Of a stretch of 34,489 nt of DNA, positions 25,887 through 34,489 are shown in pieces; position 1 is the first letter of the stretch; the number at the start of each line of letters is the position of its first letter. The position numbers and the translations under genes were made by a program. This stretch comes from Candidatus Micrarchaeia archaeon (GTDB lineage: Archaea; Micrarchaeota; Micrarchaeia; Norongarragalinales; UBA8480), in assembly GCA_039794045.1 (NCBI GenBank), contig JBAMLY010000008.1, positions 1 to 34,489 on the forward strand. The letters run 5' to 3'. The notes beneath the pieces were generated by a model. The model ran no database searches. It was not told where the DNA came from and saw nothing but the letters and a program-made list of their open reading frames with translations.

Positions 25887-27401
25887 TTACTTCACTTGCG
25901 CAAAGAGCACGCTGCCACGCTTTATTTTGACTCCCACAGCGAAGGCACCCCAGCGCGCGGATTCAATCGATTGCCCCGCAACCAATCCAGGCATTCCAAG
26001 CTGTTGCCAAGCCTCCTGCGCCTTGAAAGGCATGACAGGCGAAGCAAGAAGAGTTACAACGCGCAGCGACTCATGCAAGTGCGCGAGCACTGTCTTCAAG
26101 CGCGCATCGTTGTTTTTAGCGAGCGCCCACGGCTCGGTGTCGGAAGCGTACTTGTTTGCCGCCCTCACGAGAACCCAGAGCTTCTCGAGGCCGTGGTGAA
26201 ACTCCATTTTTTCAAAGCACTCAACGAACTCGTCGCGCGCCTTCAAAGCCATGGAAGCCAACTCTTTCTCGGGGTTTCCTTCAACGCCGCTAGCCGGAAC
26301 GACTCCGCCAGCGTAACGCTCTATCATAACGAGAGTGCGGTTCAACAAGTTTCCGTACTCTGCAGCTAAGTCGTTATTCAAGCGCTGCACGAGAGCGTTT
26401 TCGCTGAAGTCACCGTCAGCGCCTACAGCGATTTCGCGTAGCAAGAAATACCTTAGCGCGTCGGCGCCGTACTTGTCGGCGAGCTTGTGAGGGTCAACGA
26501 CGTTCCCAAGGCTCTTGCTCATCTTCCTGCCATCGACTGTGAGCCAGCCGTGCGCGAAAACTTTTTTCGGCAAAGGCAGTCCAGCAGCCAAAAGCATTGC
26601 CGGCCAGTAGACGGCGTGAAAGCGAAGAATTTCTTTACCAATTACGTGAACGTCGGCAGGCCAAAACTTTTTCTGTCTCTCGATGTCGCCGTCGAAAGCA
26701 AGCCCAGTCCAGTAATTAAACAACGCGTCAAACCAAACATAGGTGACGTGGCTCTCGTCGAACGGGAGGGGAATACCCCACTTGAGTGAGGCGCGGCTGA
26801 TTGACAAGTCCTTCAACTCGTCCTTGAAGAAGTTTATCACTTCAGGCGTCCGGAAGGAAGGCTCTACGAAGCCAGGGTTTTCATGGAAGTGCTTCAGCAG
26901 CGGCTCGCGGTACTTAGACATTTTGAAGAAATAGCTTTCCTCTCTCTGGCGCGAAACAGGGCGGCCGCAGTCCGGACACTTTCCGTCCACGAGCTGAGTA
27001 TCAGTAAAAAAGCTCTCGCAGGGAAGGCAGTACCACCCCTCGTAAACTCCCTTGTAAATGTCGCCTTCGTCGTAAAGCCTTTGCAGGACTTGCTGCACTT
27101 GCTTTTCGTGGTAAGAGTCAGTAGTGCGAATAAAGTGGTCGTACGAAATGCCTAGCTTCGCCCAAAGCGCTTTTATTCCAGGAATCAATTCGTCCACGAA
27201 TTGCTTGGGTGGTTTTCCAGCGGCTTCAGCAGCGCGCCAAACCTTTAAACCGTGCTCGTCGGTTCCAGTCAAGAAAAAGACTTCACTACCTTGCATGCGC
27301 TTGAAGCGCGCCAGTGCGTCAGACAATATAGTAGTGTAAGCGTGTCCTATGTGCAGCGGCGCGTTAGTGTAATAAAGCGGAGTAGACAAGTAAAACTTCA
27401 T
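25887..27401 (-). CDS. metG: Methionyl-tRNA synthetase (single-knuckle, monomeric, MetRS1-like)
   Basis: HIGH, LTGTDEHG, CLPCESF...CPDC, YVWFDAL, KMSKS; start at MKFYLSTP (504 aa). Confidence 0.95.
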   Translation of the reverse strand: MKFYLSTPLYYTNAPLHIGHAYTTILSDALARFKRMQGSEVFFLTGTDEHGLKVWRAAEAAGKPPKQFVDELIPGIKALWAKLGISYDHFIRTTDSYHEKQVQQVLQRLYDEGDIYKGVYEGWYCLPCESFFTDTQLVDGKCPDCGRPVSRQREESYFFKMSKYREPLLKHFHENPGFVEPSFRTPEVINFFKDELKDLSISRASLKWGIPLPFDESHVTYVWFDALFNYWTGLAFDGDIERQKKFWPADVHVIGKEILRFHAVYWPAMLLAAGLPLPKKVFAHGWLTVDGRKMSKSLGNVVDPHKLADKYGADALRYFLLREIAVGADGDFSENALVQRLNNDLAAEYGNLLNRTLVMIERYAGGVVPASGVEGNPEKELASMALKARDEFVECFEKMEFHHGLEKLWVLVRAANKYASDTEPWALAKNNDARLKTVLAHLHESLRVVTLLASPVMPFKAQEAWQQLGMPGLVAGQSIESARWGAFAVGVKIKRGSVLFAQVK

Positions 27402-27507
27402 GAAATTGTTTTCAACACAGCCAAATATATTTTTAAGCGTAAGCAAATAAAAAAGAATTAAGTGCCGGCAGTCAAACAAAAAAACTGGATAGAGGCGAAC
27501 AAAAGAA

Positions 27508-28152
27508 ATGGGATTGATACCAGACACCGTTTTTTTCACGAAAGGAGTTGGAAAACACAAAGAACAACTTCACTCTTTCGAGCTGGCGTTGCGCGACGCA
27601 GGAATAGAAAAGTGCAACCTCGTCACGGTTTCAAGCATTCTTCCTCCAGGTGCTGAAATAATTCCCCGCAAGATAGGAGAAAAACTCTTGAACCCAGGTG
27701 AAATAACTTTCGTGGTGATGAGCCGCAATGCAACAAACGAGCCAAACCGCTTGATTGCAGCATCGATAGGCGCAAGCATTCCAGCAGACAAGAGCGCTTA
27801 CGGTTACTTGAGCGAGCACCACTCGTTCGGCCAAACAGAAGAAAAAGCAGGCGAGTACGCTGAAGACTTGGCGGCATCCATGCTAGCTTCCACGCTTGGC
27901 TTGGAGTTCGACCCAGAACAAAGCTGGGACGAAAAAGAGCAAACATTTAAGTTGAGCGGCAAAATCGTGCGCACCACCAACATAACCCAGTCCGCCATAT
28001 GCGACAAGAATGGCTTGTGGACGAGCGTCGTGGCCGCCGCAGTCTTAGTATTCAATGGGAAAGAGAAAATTAAGGCACTAGCAGAACAAAACGGACAACA
28101 ACAACTAAAGCAAGAGCAAGCCCCACAACCCGCTAACCCCCCAAGCAAGTGA
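27508..28152 (+). CDS. pdaD: Pyruvoyl-dependent arginine decarboxylase
   Basis: [25 protein letters not shown] (Ser-Ser cleavage site), [15 protein letters not shown]. Confidence 0.93.
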   Translation: MGLIPDTVFFTKGVGKHKEQLHSFELALRDAGIEKCNLVTVSSILPPGAEIIPRKIGEKLLNPGEITFVVMSRNATNEPNRLIAASIGASIPADKSAYGYLSEHHSFGQTEEKAGEYAEDLAASMLASTLGLEFDPEQSWDEKEQTFKLSGKIVRTTNITQSAICDKNGLWTSVVAAAVLVFNGKEKIKALAEQNGQQQLKQEQAPQPANPPSK

Positions 28153-28154
28153 GT

Positions 28155-29279
28155 TCAAGGAAACTCCAGCGTTTTACGCAATTCGGTGGTCTTCTTCTTC
28201 AACTCCTCGTCCAACAACGCCACTGCCTCGTCCTTTTTCTCCATGAAGCGCCTTGGAGTTTTCTTCAAGCCACTCTGCAACAGAGCATGTACGTAAAACG
28301 GCAACACTGCCGTAACGTCTGCGTGAACGTACTGCGAGTTCACAACGCATTCCGCGCTCGTCTTACCCCACGTGTGCCCTTCCCCTGCAGTGCAGGAAGA
28401 AAGAGCGCCATTGTCAACGTTGGCGTCACAAATTTGGATGTCGTAGTCATAGCCATTCGTTTCAATGAAGAGAATCTGCGATAAAGTGGGCTCTGGTTGA
28501 AGCGAGTAGTTCTTGGGAACACCGCCGCCCACTACTACAACGGCAAGCTTTCTGGAGTCATGGTTCTTCGCGTAGTAGTGCAAGGCCGCGAACTCGTAAA
28601 CGTCGCGCGCCAAGTCAAAAGAAAACTTGAAGTCCTTCACGCCCAGTGCTGAAAGCCTGGCGAGCTTTACGGCGTTCAAGAAAATCGAGCCGTCCTGCGG
28701 CGCGCCACAAAAAACTGGGACTTTGTTGAGCGCGGCTTGCACGAGAATGCTGTTGCTCTCGCTTGGCTTAGCCCCCCACTGTTCAATCAGTCGCGCGAGG
28801 TCCAAGCCCAACTGGTAGTGGAACTCTGGCGTCGTCATAGTGCGCTGGTAGGGAGGCTGGCTCAACAAAAACGAAAAAAGCTTGTCGGTGTCAAGCAACA
28901 CTTTCTCGTCGAAGCCAATGTCGTAAATGCGGATTACTTTGTTTTTGCGGTATTCCGTGTCACTGAAGAAAGGGTTTACCGCATAAAGCTTTTTTCCGAT
29001 CAAGCGGTGCACGTCATGGTACAAGTTAGCGCCCGTCGTCGTCAAAACATCTACCACTCCTTTCTTAATCAAGGGAACGACGCACGAAGTACCCAAGTCC
29101 GCCGGCGTCATGGCGCCAGACATCGTCAAAACGATTGCGCAATCTTCTTCCACCATGCGCTCCAAAATTTTGTAGCCGTTGCGCAACTGCCTGCCCACGA
29201 AAGCAGGGAAAGCGTTTTCAATCAATTCCTTTGTAGTCTCCTTCCCAGTTATTTGTTTAGTTTCAACTTCCGGGCCCAT
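28155..29279 (-). CDS. Deoxyhypusine synthase-like protein (possible homospermidine synthase)
   Basis: SGAMTPA, TTGANLYHD, RIYDI, DGSI, GGGVPKNY, GALS...EGHTWGK with the catalytic-position Lys; start at MGPEVE. Confidence 0.88.
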   Translation of the reverse strand: MGPEVETKQITGKETTKELIENAFPAFVGRQLRNGYKILERMVEEDCAIVLTMSGAMTPADLGTSCVVPLIKKGVVDVLTTTGANLYHDVHRLIGKKLYAVNPFFSDTEYRKNKVIRIYDIGFDEKVLLDTDKLFSFLLSQPPYQRTMTTPEFHYQLGLDLARLIEQWGAKPSESNSILVQAALNKVPVFCGAPQDGSIFLNAVKLARLSALGVKDFKFSFDLARDVYEFAALHYYAKNHDSRKLAVVVVGGGVPKNYSLQPEPTLSQILFIETNGYDYDIQICDANVDNGALSSCTAGEGHTWGKTSAECVVNSQYVHADVTAVLPFYVHALLQSGLKKTPRRFMEKKDEAVALLDEELKKKTTELRKTLEFP

Positions 29280-29381
29280 TAAGTGCTTGTTCTTGCTCAA
29301 GAATACCACTCCCAACCAAAAAAGTTGTAAAGTCTTTTTAATAGTAAGACAAACAAATATTTTGTGGTGCAAGGTGGTTGC

Positions 29382-30269
29382 TTGGAATTGTTTCACTCTA
29401 AAGCAAAATACGATTTTTGCGGCGCTGGAAAGCCTTTCGACGAATGCAGGGTGGTAGTGCTCCCCGTCCCATACGACGCGACCACCTCTTACGGCGGCGG
29501 AGCGCGGGATGGCCCCCACGCAATAATAAGTGCTTCGCGACAGCTTGAACTCTACGACGAAGAACTCGGCTGCGAGCCGGCCGCTAAAGGCTTTTACACT
29601 TTGGACGAGCTCGAGCCTTCCACGGATGGCCCTAAGCAAACTATTGAGAGAGTCGAGGAAGCAGTCGAAGCAATACTTGAAGCAAAGCGTTTCCCGGTAA
29701 TGCTGGGCGGAGAACACTCTCTCACGCTCGGTGCCGTGGAAGCAGCAAGAAAAAAACACCCTGAGATGGGCGTGCTGCAGTTTGACGCGCACGCTGACTT
29801 GCGCGACGAGTTCGAGGGAAGCAAGTACAACCACGCCTGCGTAATGCGCCGAGTAAGCGAGAAAGGAATAGCTTGCGCGCAAGTGGGAGTTAGAAGCGTA
29901 ATCCAAGAAGAAATAGATTATGCCGCAAAAAAAGGAAACCGCATTTTCTACGCGATCGAGAAAGCAAAATGGAAAGCCGAAAAAATTGCGGCAAGCCTGC
30001 CACGCGAAGTATACGTGACATTCGACTTGGACGCATTAGATTCATCGCTTATGCCTGCCACCGGCACTCCCCAGCCAGGCGGGTTGTCTTGGAGTGAAGC
30101 AACTTTCTTGTTGCGTGAAGTGATGGCGAGAAAAAAAATAATTGGTTTGGACGTCATGGAGCTCGCGCCGATTCCAGGAATGCGGGCACCAGACTTCGTC
30201 GCAGCAAAACTAGCTTACAAAATGATTGGCTACGCTTTATGCACTCAAAAAAACAATAATTTTAAATAA
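29382..30269 (+). CDS. speB: Agmatinase
   Basis: VPYDATTSY..G...GP, GGEHSLT, FDAHADLRD, TFDLDALD, TGTPQPGG; TTG start after AGGTGG. Confidence 0.92.
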   Translation: MELFHSKAKYDFCGAGKPFDECRVVVLPVPYDATTSYGGGARDGPHAIISASRQLELYDEELGCEPAAKGFYTLDELEPSTDGPKQTIERVEEAVEAILEAKRFPVMLGGEHSLTLGAVEAARKKHPEMGVLQFDAHADLRDEFEGSKYNHACVMRRVSEKGIACAQVGVRSVIQEEIDYAAKKGNRIFYAIEKAKWKAEKIAASLPREVYVTFDLDALDSSLMPATGTPQPGGLSWSEATFLLREVMARKKIIGLDVMELAPIPGMRAPDFVAAKLAYKMIGYALCTQKNNNFK

Positions 30270-30369
30270 GTTAAAGCAATAATACTACTGCTTTTTTAGT
30301 GCCTCACTTGACACCTTAAAGCAGCGCAAAACATTTTCCTACAATTTAGTTTACAGGAGGTAGATTTCC

Positions 30370-32019
30370 ATGCAGCAACAAATGGCGGGAAACCCGCAAA
30401 TAGTAATGCTTCCAGAAGGAAGCAGCCGCGTCCTAGGCAGGGACGCTCAACGCACAAACATAGCCGTGGCTTACGCTGTCGCTCAGGCAGTAAAAAGCAC
30501 GCTCGGCCCCCGCGGCATGGACAAAATGCTGGTAAGCGAGCTCGGCGACATCGTAATCACGAACGACGGCGCGACAATCCTTGAAGAAATGCACATAGAG
30601 CACCCTGCAGGCAAGATGATGGTAGAAATCGCTAAAACTCAAGACCAAGAAGTAGGCGACGGAACTACCACCTCAGTAGTGCTCGCAGGAGAACTCTTGA
30701 AGAACGCAATGGAACTCCTCGACCAAGACATTCACGCTTCCACCATAATAAGCGGCTACAAGCTCGCTGCAAGCAAGGCGCTCCAAATCCTGAACGAAAT
30801 AGGCATGGAAGTCAAGATAAGCGACACGAAAACCCTTGAAAAAATAGCGAGCATCAGCATGGCAAGCAAGACCGTGGGAGCAGGCGCTGGAAAAGACCAC
30901 TTGGCTTCCCTAGTAGTAAAAGCAGTGACTCAAGTCGCAGAAAAACGCGACGGCAAAAACTTCATCGACAAAGACTACATCAAAATAGAGAAAAAACAAG
31001 GCGGCGACATCTTCCAAACTACAGTCATAAACGGCGTCCTCATAGACAAGGAAGTCGTCCACCCAGGAATGCCAAAAAAAGTTGAAAACGCGAAAATCGC
31101 TCTCTTGGACGCTGCCCTCGAAATAGAGAAAACCGAAACCGACGCTCGCATCAACATCAACTCGCCAGAGCAAATGACTGCCTTCCTAGAACAAGAAGAG
31201 AAAATGCTGAAGGAAATGGCGGAGAAAGTCGTGAAAAGCGGAGCGAACGTCTTGTTCTGCCAGAAAGGGATAGACGACGTCGCGCAACACTACCTCGCAA
31301 AACAAGGAGTTGTTGCTTGCCGACGCGTCAAGAAAAGCGACATGGAGAAACTCGCACGCGCGACCGGCGCGCGCATCGTCACCACTCTAGACGACTTGAC
31401 TCCCAAAGACTTGGGCTTTGCAGGCACTGTTGAAGAACGAAAGATCGCGGGAGAGCAAATGACTTTCGTTGAAAAATGCAAGGAACCAAAAGCAGTAACC
31501 ATCTTCATTCGCGGAAGCACGAACCACGTAGTAGACGAAGCAGAACGCGCGGTAAATGACGCCCTAGGCGCAGTCGCGAGCGCCATAGAAGAAGGCAAGT
31601 ACACCGCGGGCGGCGGCTCAATCGAAATGGAGGTAGCAACACGCTTGAAAAAGTACGCAGTTGAAGTCGGCGGACGCGAGCAACTAGCAATACAATCCTT
31701 CGCAGAAGCACTTGAAGTCATTCCACGCACTCTAACCGAGTCATCAGGCATGGACCCAATCGACACGCTAGTAGAACTGCGCGCCAAACACGAGAAAAAA
31801 GACGGCATCGTCTACGGCGTAGACGTAATCAAAGGCAAAGTGGCAGACATGCTAGCGCTAAACGTAATAGAGCCACTGAAAGTGAAAAAGCAAGCCATCC
31901 AAAGCGCTTCCGAAGTAACGCAAATGATTCTGCGCATAGACGACATAATAGCTTCGAAAGGAAAATCTTCAACCCCGACCGACAAAGGCGGCTCCAGCGA
32001 CATGGGCGGCATGGATTAA
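30370..32019 (+). CDS. Thermosome subunit (group II chaperonin)
   Basis: [43 protein letters not shown]. Confidence 0.97.
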   Translation: MQQQMAGNPQIVMLPEGSSRVLGRDAQRTNIAVAYAVAQAVKSTLGPRGMDKMLVSELGDIVITNDGATILEEMHIEHPAGKMMVEIAKTQDQEVGDGTTTSVVLAGELLKNAMELLDQDIHASTIISGYKLAASKALQILNEIGMEVKISDTKTLEKIASISMASKTVGAGAGKDHLASLVVKAVTQVAEKRDGKNFIDKDYIKIEKKQGGDIFQTTVINGVLIDKEVVHPGMPKKVENAKIALLDAALEIEKTETDARININSPEQMTAFLEQEEKMLKEMAEKVVKSGANVLFCQKGIDDVAQHYLAKQGVVACRRVKKSDMEKLARATGARIVTTLDDLTPKDLGFAGTVEERKIAGEQMTFVEKCKEPKAVTIFIRGSTNHVVDEAERAVNDALGAVASAIEEGKYTAGGGSIEMEVATRLKKYAVEVGGREQLAIQSFAEALEVIPRTLTESSGMDPIDTLVELRAKHEKKDGIVYGVDVIKGKVADMLALNVIEPLKVKKQAIQSASEVTQMILRIDDIIASKGKSSTPTDKGGSSDMGGMD

Positions 32020-32071
32020 GCACTGCAACAAGCCAGGACTTTCCAGAGCGAAAGCCTGAATGCCTTCCCCC

Positions 32072-33004
32072 CTACCTTTTCTTTTTTTCTTTTCTTGCAA
32101 GCAAGTACTTCCAAGCGCTCAGCGCAGCCACCGCGCCTTCCCCGGCAGCAACAATTATTTGCTTTGCCGGAGAGTCAGTGCAGTCCCCAGCAGCGAAAAC
32201 CCCTGGAACGCTGGCAGCCTGCCGCCGGTCAACAATTATTTCGTTGAACTCGTTGAGTTTCAGGAAACCCCTCGCAAAACCTGTGCTTGGCTCGTAACCA
32301 ACCTCGACGAAGACGCCGTCCACAGCAAAAAACTTTTTCCTGCCATTCACTAAAACTTCCATGCCAGAAACAAGCTTGCCTCCAACAATCCTCGCAACAA
32401 GAGCCGAGTAAAAAACGCTTATCTTCCTCGAAGCCAAAACTTTTTCCTTCATTACCTCGTCTCCCTGCAACTCAGAGTTTATCGTGAACAACAGCGTTTT
32501 CCTCGCCACCTTCTCCAATTGCAGCACTGCATCCAAAGCAGAGTTGCCGCCGCCAACCACGGCGGCTACGCGGTCCCTCATCAAAGGAGCATCGCAGACC
32601 GCGCAGTAAAAAACTCCTTTGCCTGCAAACTCTTTCTCGCCTGGCACGCCCAACTGCCGCGGCCTAGCACCAGAAGCGATTACCAGCGAACGCGCCCTAA
32701 ACAAACCATTACGCGTTCTAACCGTAAAACACTCATCCGCGTCACGCGACAAAGAAACGACTTCTCCTTCCTCGTACTCCACGCCAGGGAAAATAGAGAG
32801 GTGGTCGAAAAACTTTTTCGCAAGCTCAGCCCCAGAAATGACTTGATAAGAAGGATAGTTAGCAACCTCTCCGCTAAAGACGGCCTGACCTCCCACCCTC
32901 TCGCTTAAAACAAGGACGCTCATCTTCTTTCGGGCAGCGTAAATCGCTGCAGTAACGCCTGCAGGCCCAGCCCCAACCACTATCAAGTCACGCAAACGCG
33001 GCAA
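32072..33004 (-). CDS. trxB: Thioredoxin reductase family FAD/NAD(P)H oxidoreductase
   Basis: GAGPAG, YCAVCDA, GGGNSA, GVFAAGD, KQ...AAGEG. Confidence 0.9.
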   Translation of the reverse strand: MPRLRDLIVVGAGPAGVTAAIYAARKKMSVLVLSERVGGQAVFSGEVANYPSYQVISGAELAKKFFDHLSIFPGVEYEEGEVVSLSRDADECFTVRTRNGLFRARSLVIASGARPRQLGVPGEKEFAGKGVFYCAVCDAPLMRDRVAAVVGGGNSALDAVLQLEKVARKTLLFTINSELQGDEVMKEKVLASRKISVFYSALVARIVGGKLVSGMEVLVNGRKKFFAVDGVFVEVGYEPSTGFARGFLKLNEFNEIIVDRRQAASVPGVFAAGDCTDSPAKQIIVAAGEGAVAALSAWKYLLARKEKKKR

Positions 33005-33011
33005 GCGCCAG

Positions 33012-33254
33012 TCACTCTTTCAAACCCAAAGCTTTCGCAATAGCTGGTTTGTCGAAACCCACGATTATTTTGCCGTCAACATCTATCACGGGAACGCCCA
33101 TTTGCCCGCTCTTCTCAATCATTTCCTGCGCGCGCCTCTCGTCAACACCAACATCGTAGGAAACAAAATTCACCTTGTTTTTCCTCAAGTAATCTACAGC
33201 CATATGACAATAAGGACAAGTTTGAGTCATGTAAACAATTACTTTATTCGCCAC
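33012..33254 (-). CDS. Glutaredoxin-like (NrdH/YruB) redoxin
   Basis: CPYC, SGQMGVPVIDVDG..IVGFD. Confidence 0.92.
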   Translation of the reverse strand: MANKVIVYMTQTCPYCHMAVDYLRKNKVNFVSYDVGVDERRAQEMIEKSGQMGVPVIDVDGKIIVGFDKPAIAKALGLKE

Positions 33255-33326
33255 TTTAATCCCCTCCTCTTAAAACACGATTCAGCCGACACCAGCAATA
33301 AAATAATTTAGCGAGAATTTTAAAGC

Positions 33327-34085
33327 CTACTGGTTAAACCGCTCAGGATCACGCAAGAAACCGTAAAAACAAGGGTGCTCCAAAAAAGAAGCATACAAAT
33401 TAGACGAATGAAGCAAAGCATGGTACTTTAATTGCGTTGCCTTGACGCGCTTCAACGGCGGAAGGCGGCGGTAGTGCTTGTTAGGAATAAAACTGCCGTC
33501 CTCCAAACAATAATAAGCCGCGCCACGCTTTCGCTTAAACAACTCGTATTCCGCGCTGCACTGCATTGCCTGCAAGTTAGCTAGGACAAGCGCGCAACTG
33601 CCGGCATTAATTGAAACATGCCCCCATCCCGGTGGAACCAATACTTTGTCGCCGGGCCGCGCTTCCACCACCAAAACGTCGGTCACCTCCCCCGCTTGAG
33701 GCGCGGCATGCCGCTGCAACAAAAACAAGGCCTCACCGAAAAGAACCTCGTAAACTTCCGGGTACTCCAAACCATCAACCGCAACAGAGTGATAGTGCCC
33801 GAAAGTCTTGTTGCGCTCCGGCTTCACGAAAACACTATCCAAAACCGTGACATCGTACTCCAAGCCAGCCAAACCAAAAACGTGGGCGTCCTCTCGCCTG
33901 CAAACATTGCGCCAAACCCTGTAAAGCACGCGGTCACTTTCCCCGCTCTCAACATCAAGCAAGACAGAACGCAAGTCCCGCGCAGTACGCTGCAAGACAG
34001 GCGGCAAAACCCTGCCACCAAAACGAGGCACTCCACTCAACGCGTCAAACTCGACGCGCAAAGGCGCGCAACCCAGCAAAACCAT
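33327..34085 (-). CDS. Cupin-type (archaeal) glucose-6-phosphate isomerase
   Basis: YDVTVL, KTFGHYH, YPEVYEVLFGEA, VPPGWGHVSIN, GAAYY; start at 34085 avoids overlap with the tRNA. Confidence 0.85.
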   Translation of the reverse strand: MVLLGCAPLRVEFDALSGVPRFGGRVLPPVLQRTARDLRSVLLDVESGESDRVLYRVWRNVCRREDAHVFGLAGLEYDVTVLDSVFVKPERNKTFGHYHSVAVDGLEYPEVYEVLFGEALFLLQRHAAPQAGEVTDVLVVEARPGDKVLVPPGWGHVSINAGSCALVLANLQAMQCSAEYELFKRKRGAAYYCLEDGSFIPNKHYRRLPPLKRVKATQLKYHALLHSSNLYASFLEHPCFYGFLRDPERFNQ

Positions 34086-34153
34086 GAAAAAACCAAGGAA
34101 AACGCCACTTAAAATACGTTCACGTAAAAAAAAGCAAGGCGGGCCCACTGGGA

Positions 34154-34201
34154 CTTTCCTCACCAACCTCCTTTTCTTTCTTTCAAAGAAAGGAAGCTGG
34201 T
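34154..34201 (-). other. 48-nt T-loop intron of tRNA-Arg; family A
   Basis: 28 of the first 30 nt identical to the tRNA-Leu T-loop intron; shared GAGGTTGG. Confidence 0.88.
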
Positions 34202-34223
34202 TTTGAACCCAGGACCTTCTGCT

Positions 34224-34251
34224 TTCCCCGCAAAACCGTTAACGGCTCGCT
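34224..34251 (-). other. 28-nt canonical intron of tRNA-Arg
   Basis: BHB helix CTTC/GGGG; hairpin GCCGTTAACGGT. Confidence 0.85.
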
Positions 34252-34270
34252 TAGAAGGCAGCTGCGCTAT

Positions 34271-34308
34271 TTGCCCAACCCTCTCCCTCGCTTGAAGGAA
34301 AAAGGCCG
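34271..34308 (-). other. 38-nt D-loop intron (19/20) of tRNA-Arg
   Basis: Helix GTCT/GGGC, bulges GG|C and AA|A; removal restores A20, the Arg identity element. Confidence 0.85.
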
Positions 34309-34440
34309 CCAGACTGCGCTATGGGCCCACTCAACAAAATTATTTGTCGAAACAACGTTATTTAGGGTTTCGCCTTGCCACGCAAAAAAAACAAGAAAAC
34401 ACACTGTTTTATACCCGCACGCGAAAAACCTTACTTGCAA

Positions 34441-34489
34441 GCGGGGAGGTGGGCCAACCAAAGCGCACCTCCTTTTCTTTGAAAAAGAA
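34441..34489 (-). tRNA. Probable 3' end of another intron-containing tRNA, truncated by the window
   Basis: Reverse complement ...AAAGAAAAGGAGGT (identical to the Arg T-loop intron) followed by CCCACCTCCCCGC, which resembles T-stem plus acceptor 3' strand; identity not determinable. Confidence 0.4.

Larger units (their letters stand above)
34140..34328 (-). tRNA. tRNA-Arg(TCT) with three introns (19/20, 37/38, 59/60)
   Basis: GGGCCCA/TGGGCCC acceptor; GCGC-AGTCTGG|ATA-GCGC; GCTGC-CTTCTA|A-GCAGA; CTGGG-TTCAAA|T-CCCAG. Confidence 0.9.

Noticed and set aside
29280..29906. 209-aa N-terminal extension of the DHS-like ORF
   Set aside because: It is mostly the antisense shadow of speB; DHS similarity begins at MGPEVE (29279).

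Overview
Archaeal chromosome segment, most likely DPANN. Micrarchaeota-like is an inference from the archaeal 16S/23S, thermosome, cupin-type PGI and multi-intron tRNAs. It contains a linked 16S-tRNA-Ala-23S operon with no adjacent 5S, an RNase P RNA, five complete tRNAs, probably the 3' end of a sixth, and housekeeping genes (alaS, metG, eno, tmk, thermosome, TrxR/Grx, PGI). There is a polyamine cluster (pdaD, DHS-like, speB) and two compositionally distinct blocks next to tRNA 3' ends: a partly decaying AT-richer ArsP/ArsR/redox block and a GC-rich ABC/MscL/NUDIX block. The most striking feature is a dense set of 14 short, ORF-less bulge-helix-bulge (BHB)-type introns: 10 in the five tRNAs, 3 in the 16S and 1 in the 23S. 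Several fall into two sequence families shared between different tRNAs, different positions and apparently the 23S rRNA, which suggests recent intron spread. One 16S intron splits the universal 515F/519F primer site. The 23S peptidyl-transferase centre appears to carry several substitutions at normally invariant positions. All alignments, folds and E. coli numbering were done by eye.
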